A stretch of DNA of 46,611 nt from Hyphochytrium catenoides (Eukaryota; Protista; Hyphochytriomycota): contig FLMG01002768.1 in NCBI GenBank assembly GCA_900088475.1, forward strand, positions 1 through 46,611, written 5' to 3'. The first letter of the stretch is position 1, and every line of letters starts with the position of its first letter. The position numbers and the translations under genes are program-made. The notes below the pieces were generated by a model. The model had not been told where the DNA came from and ran no database searches. It saw nothing but the letters and a program-made list of their open reading frames with translations. This document shows positions 1 to 11,134 of the stretch, in pieces.

Positions 1-45
1 CTTGCCAGCTTGTAGTCCACATAGCTGTGCCCTCAGACTCCAACA
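1..45 (-). repeat. Partial solo LTR, family 2 (short form), cut by the window edge
   Basis: Identical to the end of the 6859-7178 copy (cttgccagcttgtagtccacatagctgtgccctcagactccaaca); lacks the ~54-bp extension of the long form. Confidence 0.85.
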
Positions 46-149
46 AAGCTCCTTGCTGATTGAGAGGAGATCTTTGGTGAATCCAGGAGCATGTAGGACG
101 TTTTGAAGGGTTACAGTGGCCTGTCCGGTTGGTCGGTGATGTGGGAGAG
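46..149 (-). mobile_element. Ty1/copia pol fragment (region just after the protease)
   Basis: Minus strand reads GQATVTLQNVLHAPGFTKDLLSISKEL, matching the copia VLY(V/A)PG...LLSI motif also seen near 1740 and 6150. Confidence 0.7.
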
Positions 150-417
150 TATTGGATGTAGGGTCCGGTAGTATGGACGGCAGTCCTTATACTGTCCAAA
201 TCTCAGCTTCTAACTCTTTCTAGTTGCTGCGATATCGCCATTACAAGATCGCATAATAGTCAGCTGCTAGGATTATCTATGGCAATTAGACCACCATCTA
301 AACGGGTGGCTGTGAGGCATCCGAGTCCTCGGATGCGGATAAGGCCGCATCTTCTGGTCCGGCCGCCACTTCATTCTAATCTCACTTTCCATTTCCCAAG
401 TACCTCACAAGTCAACA
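150..417 (+). repeat. 5' LTR of the copia element (TATTG...CAACA)
   Basis: Direct repeat of 5315-5579; by eye about 9 substitutions and 3 small indels over ~268 bp. Confidence 0.95.
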
Positions 418-424
418 TCTAAGT

Positions 425-438
425 GGTTATCGGGCTCC
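425..438 (+). promoter_or_regulatory. Putative primer-binding site, half-tRNA-iMet type
   Basis: GGTTATCGGGCTCC, 7 nt after the LTR, resembles the GGTTATGGGCCC PBS of Drosophila copia-type elements. Confidence 0.55.
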
Positions 439-2545
439 ACACAACGCAAGCAAGGCCAACCTGCCAACCTGCCAATCTGCCAACCTTCTTGGACTTGCGA
501 ATCGAATCGAATCGAGTTCGAACTGGAAAGTCAACCCATCATATCAACGACTTGGCTAAAATTGGCCAATAATATCAACGACTTGACCAAAAGTGTCCAA
601 AATTTTAGCTTTTTGGCAGCTACCATGGACCCAACAACCGGAATCCGTCAAGTTCAATCACTAATCAAGGTCAATCAAGGGCAAGGACAACTACCCAGCT
701 TGGAGCACCAAGATGGAAGCGCTCCTAGACAAACTTGATCTCTTCGACGACCATATTGAAGGAAATGAGGGTTCTTCCAAGGATCTAAAAAAGGATGTAG
801 CGCTAGAGAATGGCTGAAGGCCGATCGCAGAGCCAAGACTGAGATCATTCTCGCTCTATCAAATGACATCGTCCACATTGTTCCGCGCAAAGCCACTGCA
901 AGAGAGGCATGGATTCTGCTCCAAGAGGAGTACGAGAGCCGCAACTTAAATAACACGGTATCCTCGCTGGTTTCTTTTCTGTCGTCAAATTTCATCGAGG
1001 GAGATGACATGCGAAGACATCTCAACAGCATCACGCGCCATCGTACCGTGATTAAGGACATGATGCAGCAAGACGATTTGTTCGAGAAGCTGCACATCGC
1101 AGCGAACCTGAAGAGCCTCCCGACATCCTTCGAGTCCACAGTCAAGGCGATTCACACGTTCGCGGCCCGGGGAAAGATGAAGGCTGAGGATATCAACGAC
1201 ATCCTCATCCAAGAAATGCAGCGTAGGGATGCCATGGGCGAGGCGAAACCTGGTGCGCCCTCAGCGGCATACACCGTACAGTAGCACGACAAGGCACCAC
1301 GCACTCCGTGCCAACATTGCAGACGCAAGACTCATAGGTCAGAAGACTGCTGGGAGTTGGAGGCGAATGCACGTCATCGCCGTCCCAGCAAATGGTGATC
1401 CGTCAAAGAGAAACGAGACTTAAAGAAGTTTACCTCCTCTATCATTGCCCTTGTGCACTCTTGATGCTGATGACAGGGCTAAACTAATTAGTACACTCCA
1501 GGATTCCAACTATGGAACTGTCTCACCGTCCAATCCTATTCTCAACTGCTCACGAACGCAACAATGGACTATCGATAGTGGCGCGTCTGATCACGTCACT
1601 GGTGTAAAGAGCTGGTTTCGCAAGTATCAAGATATCGCAGCACCAGTCACGCTCTATACTGCAGACAAACGGCCTTTGTGTGCTGTCGGTAAAGGCCGGA
1701 TCGATCTCCGGCTACAAAGTGGGAACGTCTTAGCACTTACTGACGTCCTTTATGTTCTCGACTTCCCTAAACATTTGCTCTCTCAAGAACTCAAGAAGGG
1801 TGGTCATATCCTTTTTCAAGACGAAGGGAAATTCTACTATTATCTTGCTCCGGAGGACCAACAGGATTGTGGAAGTACTCCAGCGGCCCCCGCCTTTTAC
1901 ACAAATCGGTACACAGATTGGCAACCTCTTCTATTCCACTGGCACTACCATATAGCCTGTGCACCAGAAAGACGACAATTCCTTATGCACCACTTCCACC
2001 GATCAACCCACAAAGGGAGTCTCCCAGGAGTTTATGACTCTGTGGCACCAACGCTTAGGACATCTTAACGTATCGGATGTCCGTCTACCGGCTAAGTCCG
2101 CCAAGGGCATCCGACTCTCAAGCAACTCTCAAATCGACTTCTGTCAAGACTGTGCGATCGGAAAACTTACCAGACAGCGGTTTCCGAAGAAGGCCAGTGG
2201 ACAAACTACTCAACCACTGGAGCTTGTACATTCTGACGTTGGGGTTGTCAACCTGCCCAGCTTGGAAGGTTATCGTTACTATGTTGTGTTTGTCGATGAC
2301 TACTCTCGCAGAGTCTTCTTGTACTGTTTGAAGACGAAATGTGAAGTTATGGCAGCGCTGCGAACGTTCGTCAAGATGGCTGAAACACAGACTGGTCTAG
2401 GCCTAGAGCGACTTCAAACTGGTTTACGACTGAAGAAACTTCGGAGTGACAGAGGCGGCGAGTACTGCTCCGCGGAGATGAAGACTTTATGTGAGGAGAG
2501 GGGAGTCATTCATGAGCTTTCAGCCCCATACTCTCCGTCACAAAA

Positions 2546-2661
2546 NNNNNNNNNNNNNNNNNNNNNNNNNNNNNNNNNNNNNNNNNNNNNNNNNNNNNNN
2601 NNNNNNNNNNNNNNNNNNNNNNNNNNNNNNNNNNNNNNNNNNNNNNNNNNNNNNNNNNNNN
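2546..2661. other. Assembly gap (116 N) inside the integrase
   Basis: N run; flanks are collinear integrase sequence (PYSPSQ ... DIGYLRVLGC). Confidence 1.
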
Positions 2662-3066
2662 TAGCCCGCCAGATATTGGATATCTTCGCGTTCTCGGCTG
2701 TGTCTCGTTTGGTCTTGTCCCAAAGGGGGCCGCCGCAAGCTGGATCCGAAGGCCAAGACGCTCTCGTGGGTTATGGTCCTCACTAAACGCATATCGACTA
2801 TACGATTTTGGGACTCAGACTGTCACCGAGCGTCGAGATGTTGTCTTTGATGAAGCAACCGCAGCGAGTGGGACGGATCACGCTGGGTCTACTGAGAGCG
2901 CTCAGTGCTGTATGATATTTTTGAGGAGCTTGGGGAGAACTCCTCTGACAACCCCGACCCAAATGACATCCCAGGAAGACCGTGGGGAATCAATCCCAGG
3001 AAGAAGATCCCTAAATTCATTCTTTCTTAGGAACGCACCAAGCAAGTGATCAAGTCCAAGACTCCG

Positions 3067-3164
3067 AAGACTCGGATGACCAATCCTCGGAAGTATCGGA
3101 GGCATCAGCCCCTGCAAGACTCGGATGACCAATCCTCGGAAGTATCGGAGGCATCAGCCCCTGC
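3067..3164 (+). repeat. Perfect 49-bp tandem duplication in the IN-RT linker
   Basis: aagactcggatgaccaatcctcggaagtatcggaggcatcagcccctgc x2. Confidence 0.95.
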
Positions 3165-3462
3165 AACCGCAGCAGACTCAGATACAAGCTTGGAAGTCGA
3201 CCAGTATGAGGACTGTCGTGAAACAGCTGATCTCAGCTCTGTACCCCCCACTCATCCTTGTTACAGAGGTACTCCAAGCAGGACTCGCTCTCGATGCGAC
3301 CGGGAAGTCTCAATCTGTTGGATGTTCAGGAACCAGCGACCTTAGAGGACCATTTGGCCTCTCCTCAGGCAGTGGAGTGGCAAGAGGCAATCTCTAGCGA
3401 GCTACACTCCATGGAGCAGCACGGGGATAGGAACTGGTCCCCCCCTCCTGGAGCTAACATCG

Positions 3463-3833
3463 TGTTGACGGTTCAGCTTCGACCCTTCACAATAGGGAGT
3501 TCGAGCTGCGGGGAGGTGTTGGAGTCTGAGGCACAGCTATGTGGACTACAAGCTGGCAAGGTTAACTACCCAAGTTTCAGCTCCAAACTCCCAGTAGAAG
3601 CCGAGATATGAAGCAAACGAAATGTCACTGTTTATATCTATGCCTTATGGTCAGTATCCAGGAATACCTTTCAGGACTGACTGTTCTAGACAAGGTTATC
3701 TCTATGATATCTTAGGGTTTATCAGGAATAGTTGGGATAGTCAGAATAGCTCTAGATTATGGGACCCCAGTTGGCTTATAAGTAGAGCACTCTCATCTAA
3801 CGACATTGTCCAATCATCCCGTATAATCCAACA
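3463..3833 (+). repeat. Solo LTR, family 2 long form, inserted in the copia RT
   Basis: TGTTG...CAACA ends; TSD CATCG/CATCA; removing it restores PPGANI-IGSRWVFKVK; homologous to 6459-6832. Confidence 0.92.
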
Positions 3834-5314
3834 CATCATAGGATCCCGGTGGGTCTTTAAGGTCAAGACCCACGCTGATGGGACCGTAGAAAGGTACAAG
3901 GCAAGATTAGTGACACAAGCTTTCCGGCAGAAGGAGGGAATCGATTATCAAGAAGTTTTCGCTCCGACCATCGGACATGAGTCCATTCGGTGCATCTTGT
4001 CCTTGGCCATCTTTCGACATGGAGATTCATCATATGGATATCAAGACTGCTTTCTTGCGCGGGGAGCTGGAAGAAACGGTACGATGTATATGAAGCAGCC
4101 TCTGGGATTGTCCCGTCGTGCTAGTTCTTAAGATCATATCTGCAAGCTGAAGAGGAGCATCTACGGCCTGAAGTAGAGGCCACGACAGTGGAACAAGGTG
4201 ATTGACGGTATCTGAAGAAGCATGGATTCCATCCCAGCATATGTGAGCCTTGCGTGTACATCCGAAACCGCACAGAGACAGACTCCAAGCTGCCCGAGAT
4301 CATCACTCTATCTGTAGACGACTTGCTTTTGATCGGAGAGTCAACGGATCTAGTGAAAGGCGTGAAGAAAATGCTCTCGGATAGGTTCGAGGTCACGGAC
4401 CTTGGAGAGCTCAACTATTTCCTCGGGATTAAGGTACGTCGGGACAGGACAGCAAGGACCATCACACTGTCGCAGCCAAAGTACATCAACAGCGTCCTAG
4501 AGAGGTTCAACATGGCTGACTGTCATCCAAGTCCGCTGCCAGTAGCCCCAAAGTCATACCTATCAAGGGGACGAGCATTCCACTTACGCCACAGACTCAA
4601 GAGCTCCTGAGCCAGATACCATATCGGGAAGCTGTAGGGTGCCTTATGGTCACCACCAGGCCCGACATTGGTTTTGCAGTACAATCCGTGAGCCAGCACA
4701 CATCAACGCCAAGAGTTGTGCACTGGGAGACTGTTAAGCGCATCTTTAGGTACTTGAAGGGTACAGTGGACCTAGGCTTGACTCTTGGTGGTATAAGTGC
4801 GCCATCCCTAAAGGCGTTTGCGGATGCAGACTGGGCCAATGACCGTCAGACCGGAAGTACATCTCAGGATACTACTTCACTTAGGGGAGGGAGCGTTTGT
4901 TTGGACATCGCTGAAACAGCAGCTCACTGCCTCATCCTCGACGGAGGCGGAATGTATCTCTCTTTGGGCGGCCACCAAGCACGTGGATCATATTCTGCGT
5001 CTTCTTGGTGGGGAGCTAGGATGTCCTCAGAAGGGACCGATCGAGATCTTCCAGGATAACAAGAAGAGCACGATCACGGTTTGCGAGATGGCTCGAACCA
5101 AGTCCAAGCACATCGATGTGAAGCACTGTGTTGTCCGAGAAAAGATAACATCCGGGAGTATCAAGCTGACATTTACGAAATCGTGTGATATGACGGCTGA
5201 TGTTCTGACCAAGGATCTTCCTTGGCCTCGTTTCGTAAGTTTCGTGTCGCATTGGGCGTTCGTGGTGATTCTAAGAACTCCAGTACTCGCTACATTGTTC
5301 GTACTGCGGGGGAG

Positions 5315-5579
5315 TATTGGGTGTAGGGTCCGGTAGTATGGACGGCAGTCCTTATACTGTTCAAATCTCAGCTTCTAACTCTTTCTAGTTGCTGCGATAT
5401 TGCCATTACGAGATAGCATAGTTAGCTGCTAGGATTATCTATGGCAATTAGACCACCATCTAAATGGGTGGCTGTGAGCATCCGAGTCCTCGGATGCGGA
5501 TAAGGCCGCATCTTCTGGTCCGGCCGCCACTTCATTCTAATCTCACTTTCCAATTTCCCAAGTATCCCACAAGTCAACA
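5315..5579 (+). repeat. 3' LTR of the copia element, preceded by PPT GCGGGGGAG
   Basis: Direct repeat of 150-417; polypurine tract at 5306-5314. Confidence 0.95.
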
Positions 5580-6858
5580 TTAAGAATAAGCTCCTCCAGC
5601 TTACTTTCTGCCTCTACTTTGCGTCTAAGAATTTTGTACAAAGCACCTTTGCGAGTGATCACTACAACGAATAGGAAGTACACATAGCCTTGGTAGCTAC
5701 GAGTATGGACAATGCCCACGTCGGCGCGCAGAAGTTCCAGCAGTCTTGTTGTCTTACGAGGCTGAGCGTGGTAAGGCTTCTTACGTGTTAGCTTGGCTAG
5801 GATGCAAGTCTCAGAGAGGCACGGCAGCTGACAAGCTCTATCAAGAGCTATACCTGAAGCCTGTACGGCTAGTCTTCGAGTATCTGTATGATTACGATGA
5901 TTTAGCCGTTTTGTGCTCAGGGTGATAGGCTCTTGCTTGCTCGTAGCTGCGGCTAGTCTTGGAGGAGAAGAGTCACTTTGTCCCGTACATCAGCAGTGTC
6001 CGAGGAGTAATAAACGGTTCCATTGGTCAAACCAATACGTCTCACTTGTTCTTGTGAGGTTAACTTTTCAATGTCCTTGACCACTGAAGGACTGAGAGTG
6101 TAAGCTCCATTATCTGAGGTAAACAACACTGCTTCAACAGAGGAGTCTTGGATAAATGGTCCAATAGAGAGAAGATGCTTCGGAAAGCCTGGCGCATAGA
6201 GCACATTCGGTAGGTAGAGAGGAGTGCTAGCTCCATTGGCAGCAGGGATAAGTATGCCTCTCTTTCCCACGGCAAAGACTGGTCTGTTGTCCGCGGTAAT
6301 AAAGAGAGGAAGAGGGTCAATAGGAGTAAAAGAGAGAAAGAGTGATCGATCTCCAGTAATGTGGCTGGAGCATCCGCTGTCTAGCAGCCATTTGTGGCTG
6401 CTCTGGACTTCTCTCCCCTTCGCTGCTGCTTGCTGGATAGAAGCTAGGGTAAGGATTCTGTTGGATTGTATGGGATGATTGGACAATGTCATTAGATGAG
6501 AGTGCTCTACTTATAAGCCCAACTGGGGTCCCATAATCTAGAGCTATTCTGATTATCCCAACTATTCCTAATAAACCCTAAGATATTCAGTCGTAGAGAA
6601 ATCCTTGTCCAGACAAGTTAATTCTGAAGGTATTCCGTGGTACTGACCATAAGCCATAGATATAAGCAGGGACATTTCGTTTGCTTCATATCTCGGCTTC
6701 TACTGGGAGTTTAGAGCTGAAACTTGGGTAGTTAAGCTTGGCAGGATGGAGTCCACATAGCTGTGCCTCAGACTCCAACACCTCCCCCCAGCTCAAACTC
6801 CCTTTTGTGAAGGGTCGCTTGAACATTCAACAGATTCACCGAAGTTGACAGAGGACTT
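5580..6858 (-). mobile_element. Second copia element fragment (PR, GAG-pre-IN, start of IN), interrupted by a solo LTR
   Basis: WLLDSGCSSHITGD, NVLYAPGFPKHLLSI, then CILAKLTR...LELLRADVG...GYVYFLFVV on the minus strand. Confidence 0.9.
6459..6832 (-). repeat. Solo LTR, family 2 long form
   Basis: Reverse complement of 3463-3833; perfect 5-bp TSD GATTC at 6454-6458 and 6833-6837. Confidence 0.93.
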
Positions 6859-7178
6859 TGTTAGATTATATGGGTTGATTGGACAATGTCATTAGATGAG
6901 AGTGCTCTACTTATAAGCCCAACTGGGGTCCCATAATCTAGAGCTATTCTGATTATGCCAACTATTCCTAATAAACCCTAAGACATTCAGTCGTAGAAAA
7001 TCCTGTTCAGAACAGTTAATCCTGAAGGTATTCCGGGGTACTGACCATAAGCCATAGATATAAACAGGGACATTTCGTTTGCTTCATATCTCGGCTTCTA
7101 CTGGGAGTTTAGAGCCAAACTTGGGTAGTTAAGCTTGCCAGCTTGTAGTCCACATAGCTGTGCCCTCAGACTCCAACA
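6859..7178 (-). repeat. Solo LTR, family 2 short form, no 5-bp TSD
   Basis: Direct repeat of 6459-6780; flanks GACTT and CTTCT belong to non-collinear copia fragments. Confidence 0.92.
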
Positions 7179-7657
7179 CTTCTTCGCTTCAGGTTGCTCG
7201 ACGCCACCCAGGAGGCTGACGCACATATTGTCTCTTCCAGAAGAACGCCATGGAAAAATGCTGTTTTGTTGTCAACGTGATGGATCTCGAGACCAATGTG
7301 GCTGCCAATGAGAGAAGACATCGCACTGACTCATAACTGACGAAAGGTGCTGCAAAAACGCTATTGTTGTAATCGACTCCAAACTTCTGGTCGTATCCTT
7401 GGGCTACCAGACGAGCTTTTGTAGCGGTCGAGACTGCCATCACTGTTTTTATACTTGGTGCGGAGAACCCATTTACACCCGATCACATCGGTGGTCGTTC
7501 AACAAGCTCCCAGATCATGTTGTTCCATCGAGGCCAACTAGTTAGCTATAGCAGCGCTCTATTCTTCGGCGAGAGGGCCACGTACGCGTCTTTGATGGTT
7601 CGCGGGTCAAATGTTGCCTCAGTGGTGTTAACCGCGCGGGAGATGGAATCTTCCTGT
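7179..7657 (-). mobile_element. Copia reverse-transcriptase N-terminal fragment
   Basis: DPRTIKDA...GCKWVLRTK...KARLVAQGYDQKFGVDY...YVRQPPG, frameshifted. Confidence 0.88.
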
Positions 7658-7814
7658 TGTTGAGTGATACAATGCTCGTTGTCAGTAATCACTCTCTATA
7701 CACACCTAGCTCTCAGAGGCATAGCTGCTACCGGTATGAATTGTGTTATAGGTGGCGAGAGATGTGAGGAGATTTCCCTGGCCCCCATCGCCTCTATTCT
7801 AAAGGAGGTCAACA
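7658..7814. repeat. Short 157-bp solo-LTR-like element, family 3
   Basis: TGTTGA...TCAACA inverted termini; an inverted homologue lies at ~8157-8280; sits at the copia/gypsy junction with no TSD. Confidence 0.7.
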
Positions 7815-8156
7815 AAGAATTGGACACTCACAAATGATTGTGCAACAGGATAGGGACTGCCCCCTTACTTTTGTGGGATTTGTCAGGAAGAGGACCAACG
7901 GAACTTATCTGTTCTACTGTTCTCTCTCATGCGGAGAGACAAAAGATTCAAATGCAGTTGCAGGAGATGCTAAAATTGAGCATCATAAGCCTGCTGGTCA
8001 GTCAACATGGGCTGCATCATTGCTGTTAGTGCGAAACCTACAAGCGGGATAGAGTTGTCAGTGACTTCAGACGGTTGAACAAAGTTATAGCCAAGTATGG
8101 CTATCCACTTCCGCGAGATGACGACATCCTGGTGGACAGTATGTCAGGGGCTGAGT

Positions 8157-8280
8157 TCTTCTCACATCCCTCTTTCCCATAACACAGGTGTACCCGTAAC
8201 GTCTATGTCCCTGAGAGCTAGGTGTGTATAGAGAGTGAGTACTGTACTACTACTAACAACGAACATTGTAGCACTCAACA
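8157..8280. repeat. Truncated inverted copy of the family 3 element inside the gypsy RT
   Basis: Reverse complement matches 7658-7770 (shared ctctctatacacacctagctctcag); interrupts ...DSMSGA / EVFSVMDL. Confidence 0.7.
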
Positions 8281-11134
8281 TGAAGTATTCTCGGTGATGG
8301 ATTTACTAGTACAGGGTTTCCATCAAGTGCCAATCACAGAAAATGCAAGTGACATTTTTACTTTTGTCACTATGGATGGCATGTTGTATTCTTACATGAG
8401 ATTGGCCCAAGGAGCTAAGATTAGCCCTAATATCTTCCAACAAGTGGTCGACCTCACTTTCAGAGGGCTGAAGTATCGGTTTGTTGTTGCCTACATTGAT
8501 GCCGTGTTAGTCTGGTCATGCAAGATACAAAAGGAACATTTGGAAGACTGGAAGAGGTCCTCAAGCGCCTTAGTAGGAGGGGTGCTAATTTGAAACTCAA
8601 AAAGAGGAAATGCCGTTTTCTCATGTCTGAAGTGCCATTTTTTGGCCATAGACTGTCAGCAAAAGGAGTGGCAAGTGGCGCCTATGAAGGAAAAAGTGCA
8701 AGCTATGGATCGGTTTATTACCGCGCCAAAGACTCTGAAGAAAGTGAGATCCTTCTTGGGATAGTGCAATTACTACCGCCGCTTTATCCCAAAAGTTTGC
8801 ATCAACAGGTGCTCCACTCTATGAATTATTGAAGAAAGGAGTGAGGTGGCGCTGGGGACAGCCTCAGAACACAGTTATGGCTATTTTTTCAAGCAGAGTT
8901 AAAGAGTGAGCCAGTGGTAGTAGCTCCTGATTACAGTCTGCCATTCATCGTGAGCACAGATGCAGCCCATAAGTTTGCGTTATTAGGAGCTGTCTTGGCT
9001 CAAGTCCATAAAGACGGGAAAAAGGTAATTGCTTACGCTTCACGCTCCCTGCCGCCAGCTGAACAGAACATCGCAGATACGCACGAGGTTGAGTGCTAAG
9101 CCGTTGTATGGGCTGCCAAAAGTTTCCGATGGTATCTGGCAGGAGAGAAGGAGTTCGCAATTTACACCGATCACCAAGCATTTATGGGTCTCCTATAGAC
9201 TTCAAAAAACCTTACTGGCAAGAAGGCAAGATGGGTCGCGCCACCCTTCCCCCTCCAAACTCTTCACCCAAGGGAGTTGACAATGCCAATGCTGATGCTT
9301 TATCACAAGCCCAGCTTGGTCAGTCCTCTGGGGACAAGAAAAGGGCTCCTCACAGTAAGACCGCCCATTCTTGCTAGAGTTTCTCAAGTTGATGCTGATA
9401 AAAGCTAGCTTGACGCAGATGAGCTTGTTAGACAACAGCGTGCTAATGACCAATTGGGACCAATGGTGAGATACCTGGATAGTAGAGAGCTACCACAAGA
9501 TGGAGATGTAGCTTCTCGAATGCGACGCCTTTGTGATTTTTATGTCCTGGTGAAGGGCGTGAAAACTTCTCAGAAAGTGCTCTACCCACCGCAAGGTGCT
9601 GAAAAGGAAGAGCACTAGGATTATTTTGCGTCACAACGAGTCTGAGAAGGCGGAGCACAGAATTGCTATTCACTGGTGGGATGGGTACTTCGTAAGTTCC
9701 ATGACAGTCCCATTGAGGGCTCTCATCTGGGTATTCAGAACACTATAATTAGATTGCGGTTCCATTAGGATGGCATGTACGCCGCAGTGGTACGTCACAT
9801 TACCGTCTGTAAGACGTGTCAAGCATACTCAAGACATGGCCGTGTTCATCAGGCTCTTATGCGTCGCATAGTGGCTTCATGCATAGCCTATGCAGATACT
9901 ACAAATTGATGTCCTTTCCTAGGTCCAAAAGAGGGAATGTATATGTCAATGTTGTCATTTGCGTCTTCACGAAATGGATTGACGCTTTTGCCTCACCTAC
10001 GGCTGATGGTCCTGCTATCTCAGATAGAGCGACAAAAGTGTTACTGGACAGTGGTTTCCCCGCGCTCCTAGTGACGGCGCGAAGGCCATGATTTGAAAAA
10101 TTGTCTCTGGTTTGTGAGTTCTATTGCACATAGACCATCACGTTGGGAGCCCTTATCAACATGGTGCTACTGGTCAAGCTGATAGAGTAAATCGTACTCT
10201 AGAAGCCATGCTTCAATAGCATGATGTATCTGAGGAGGACAAAACAGATTGGGATGCCATACTAGGCTTCCATGTGTGTGCCTATTGGGATAGTGTCCAC
10301 GGAAGCACTCAGTTCCCCATTCTTTATGATGCATGGGAGAGAAAATGAACTTACCTGCCGATGTTAAGTTGTCTAGTCCTGTGCGAGAGAAACGTGCTCG
10401 AAATTCTCATTAGTATGGACGAAGATTGCTCCGCAATCTTGCAAAGACTTATCGCCTAGCCAAGGACAACCTGAATAAGGGTTTTGAGATACAGGCAAAG
10501 GAGCTTAATTCCAAGGTTAGACGAGAAGAGTAGTCAGTCGGAGACTTGGTCTACCGTTACATACCTGTTAAAAAGGTTGGCTTTGCTGAAAAACTCCTGC
10601 GCAAGTGCTATGGTCCTTATTATGAGGTCATTGGACAGCCTGGTCCCGTTTCCTTTGAGCTGAAAGAAGTGAGAAGGAATAAGCGGGGAAGATGATGACT
10701 AAGCGCGTCACGGTGCACGTGTCCCATCTAAAACGATACCATGCAGATGTTGATGAAGAAGGACAAGTACTGGTGGTTGAAGGTGCAACAGAGCCCCTTC
10801 TGTCTAATGATGGTTAGCATTGGCTCAGAGGTGTTTATGCCCATGATGGGTTTTCCCCTGCTGAAGTGATCTCAAACAGCTAAGTGCGCAGTAGCTTGGT
10901 TTTTTTCCACTTCTTTTCTCCTTGTCGTAGGTTTTTGGGTGGACTGGACTGATCACAGTGGCGTCCGTGGCGTGCGCTCGATTGGTGGAATACTGCTTGG
11001 ACATTGGTTGAGAAAGGAAGCTTTATTTATCATCTGCCTGCTCTTTTTTAAACTCTGCAGTTCTATTCCTCCACTTTCTTACTTTGGTTAGTTTATGAAG
11101 CCCTTGTGCTCTTCCAATGAGTGTGGGAGTCTAA

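Larger units (their letters stand above)
625..5314 (+). pseudogene. Copia gag-pol polyprotein, disrupted
   Basis: Split over many ORFs (1009, 1445, 1959, 3622, 4254, 4646, 4818), interrupted by a solo LTR, and the RT catalytic YVDD reads SVDD. Confidence 0.9.
150..5579 (+). mobile_element. Degenerate full-length Ty1/copia LTR retrotransposon
   Basis: Paired LTRs, candidate PBS and PPT. Domain order: gag (CQHCRRKTHRSEDC zinc knuckle ~1310), PR (WTIDSGASDH), GAG-pre-integrase (LWHQRLGH), IN (LVHSD...LRSDRGGEY), RT (WVFKVK, YKARLV, SVDDLL), RNase H (ADADWA, KHIDVK). Many frameshifts and stops; no TSD. Confidence 0.97.

Noticed and set aside
455-602. Short tandem repeats (CCAACCTG, GAATC, ~31-bp duplication)
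   Set aside because: Ordinary retrotransposon 5' leader repeats.
3622-4131. Novel LTR-RT fusion protein (169-aa ORF)
   Set aside because: Chance read-through from the inserted solo LTR into an RT that frameshifts shortly afterwards.
6459-7178. TRIM (two direct LTRs around a 78-bp core with a PPT)
   Set aside because: The TSD GATTC brackets 6459-6832 alone, there is no PBS, and the 26 bp at 6833-6858 continue the host copia; these are two independent solo LTRs.
7658-8280. MITE or Pack-type DNA transposon with ~115-bp TIRs
   Set aside because: No TSD, and the gypsy RT reads continuously from inside to outside the right-hand repeat.
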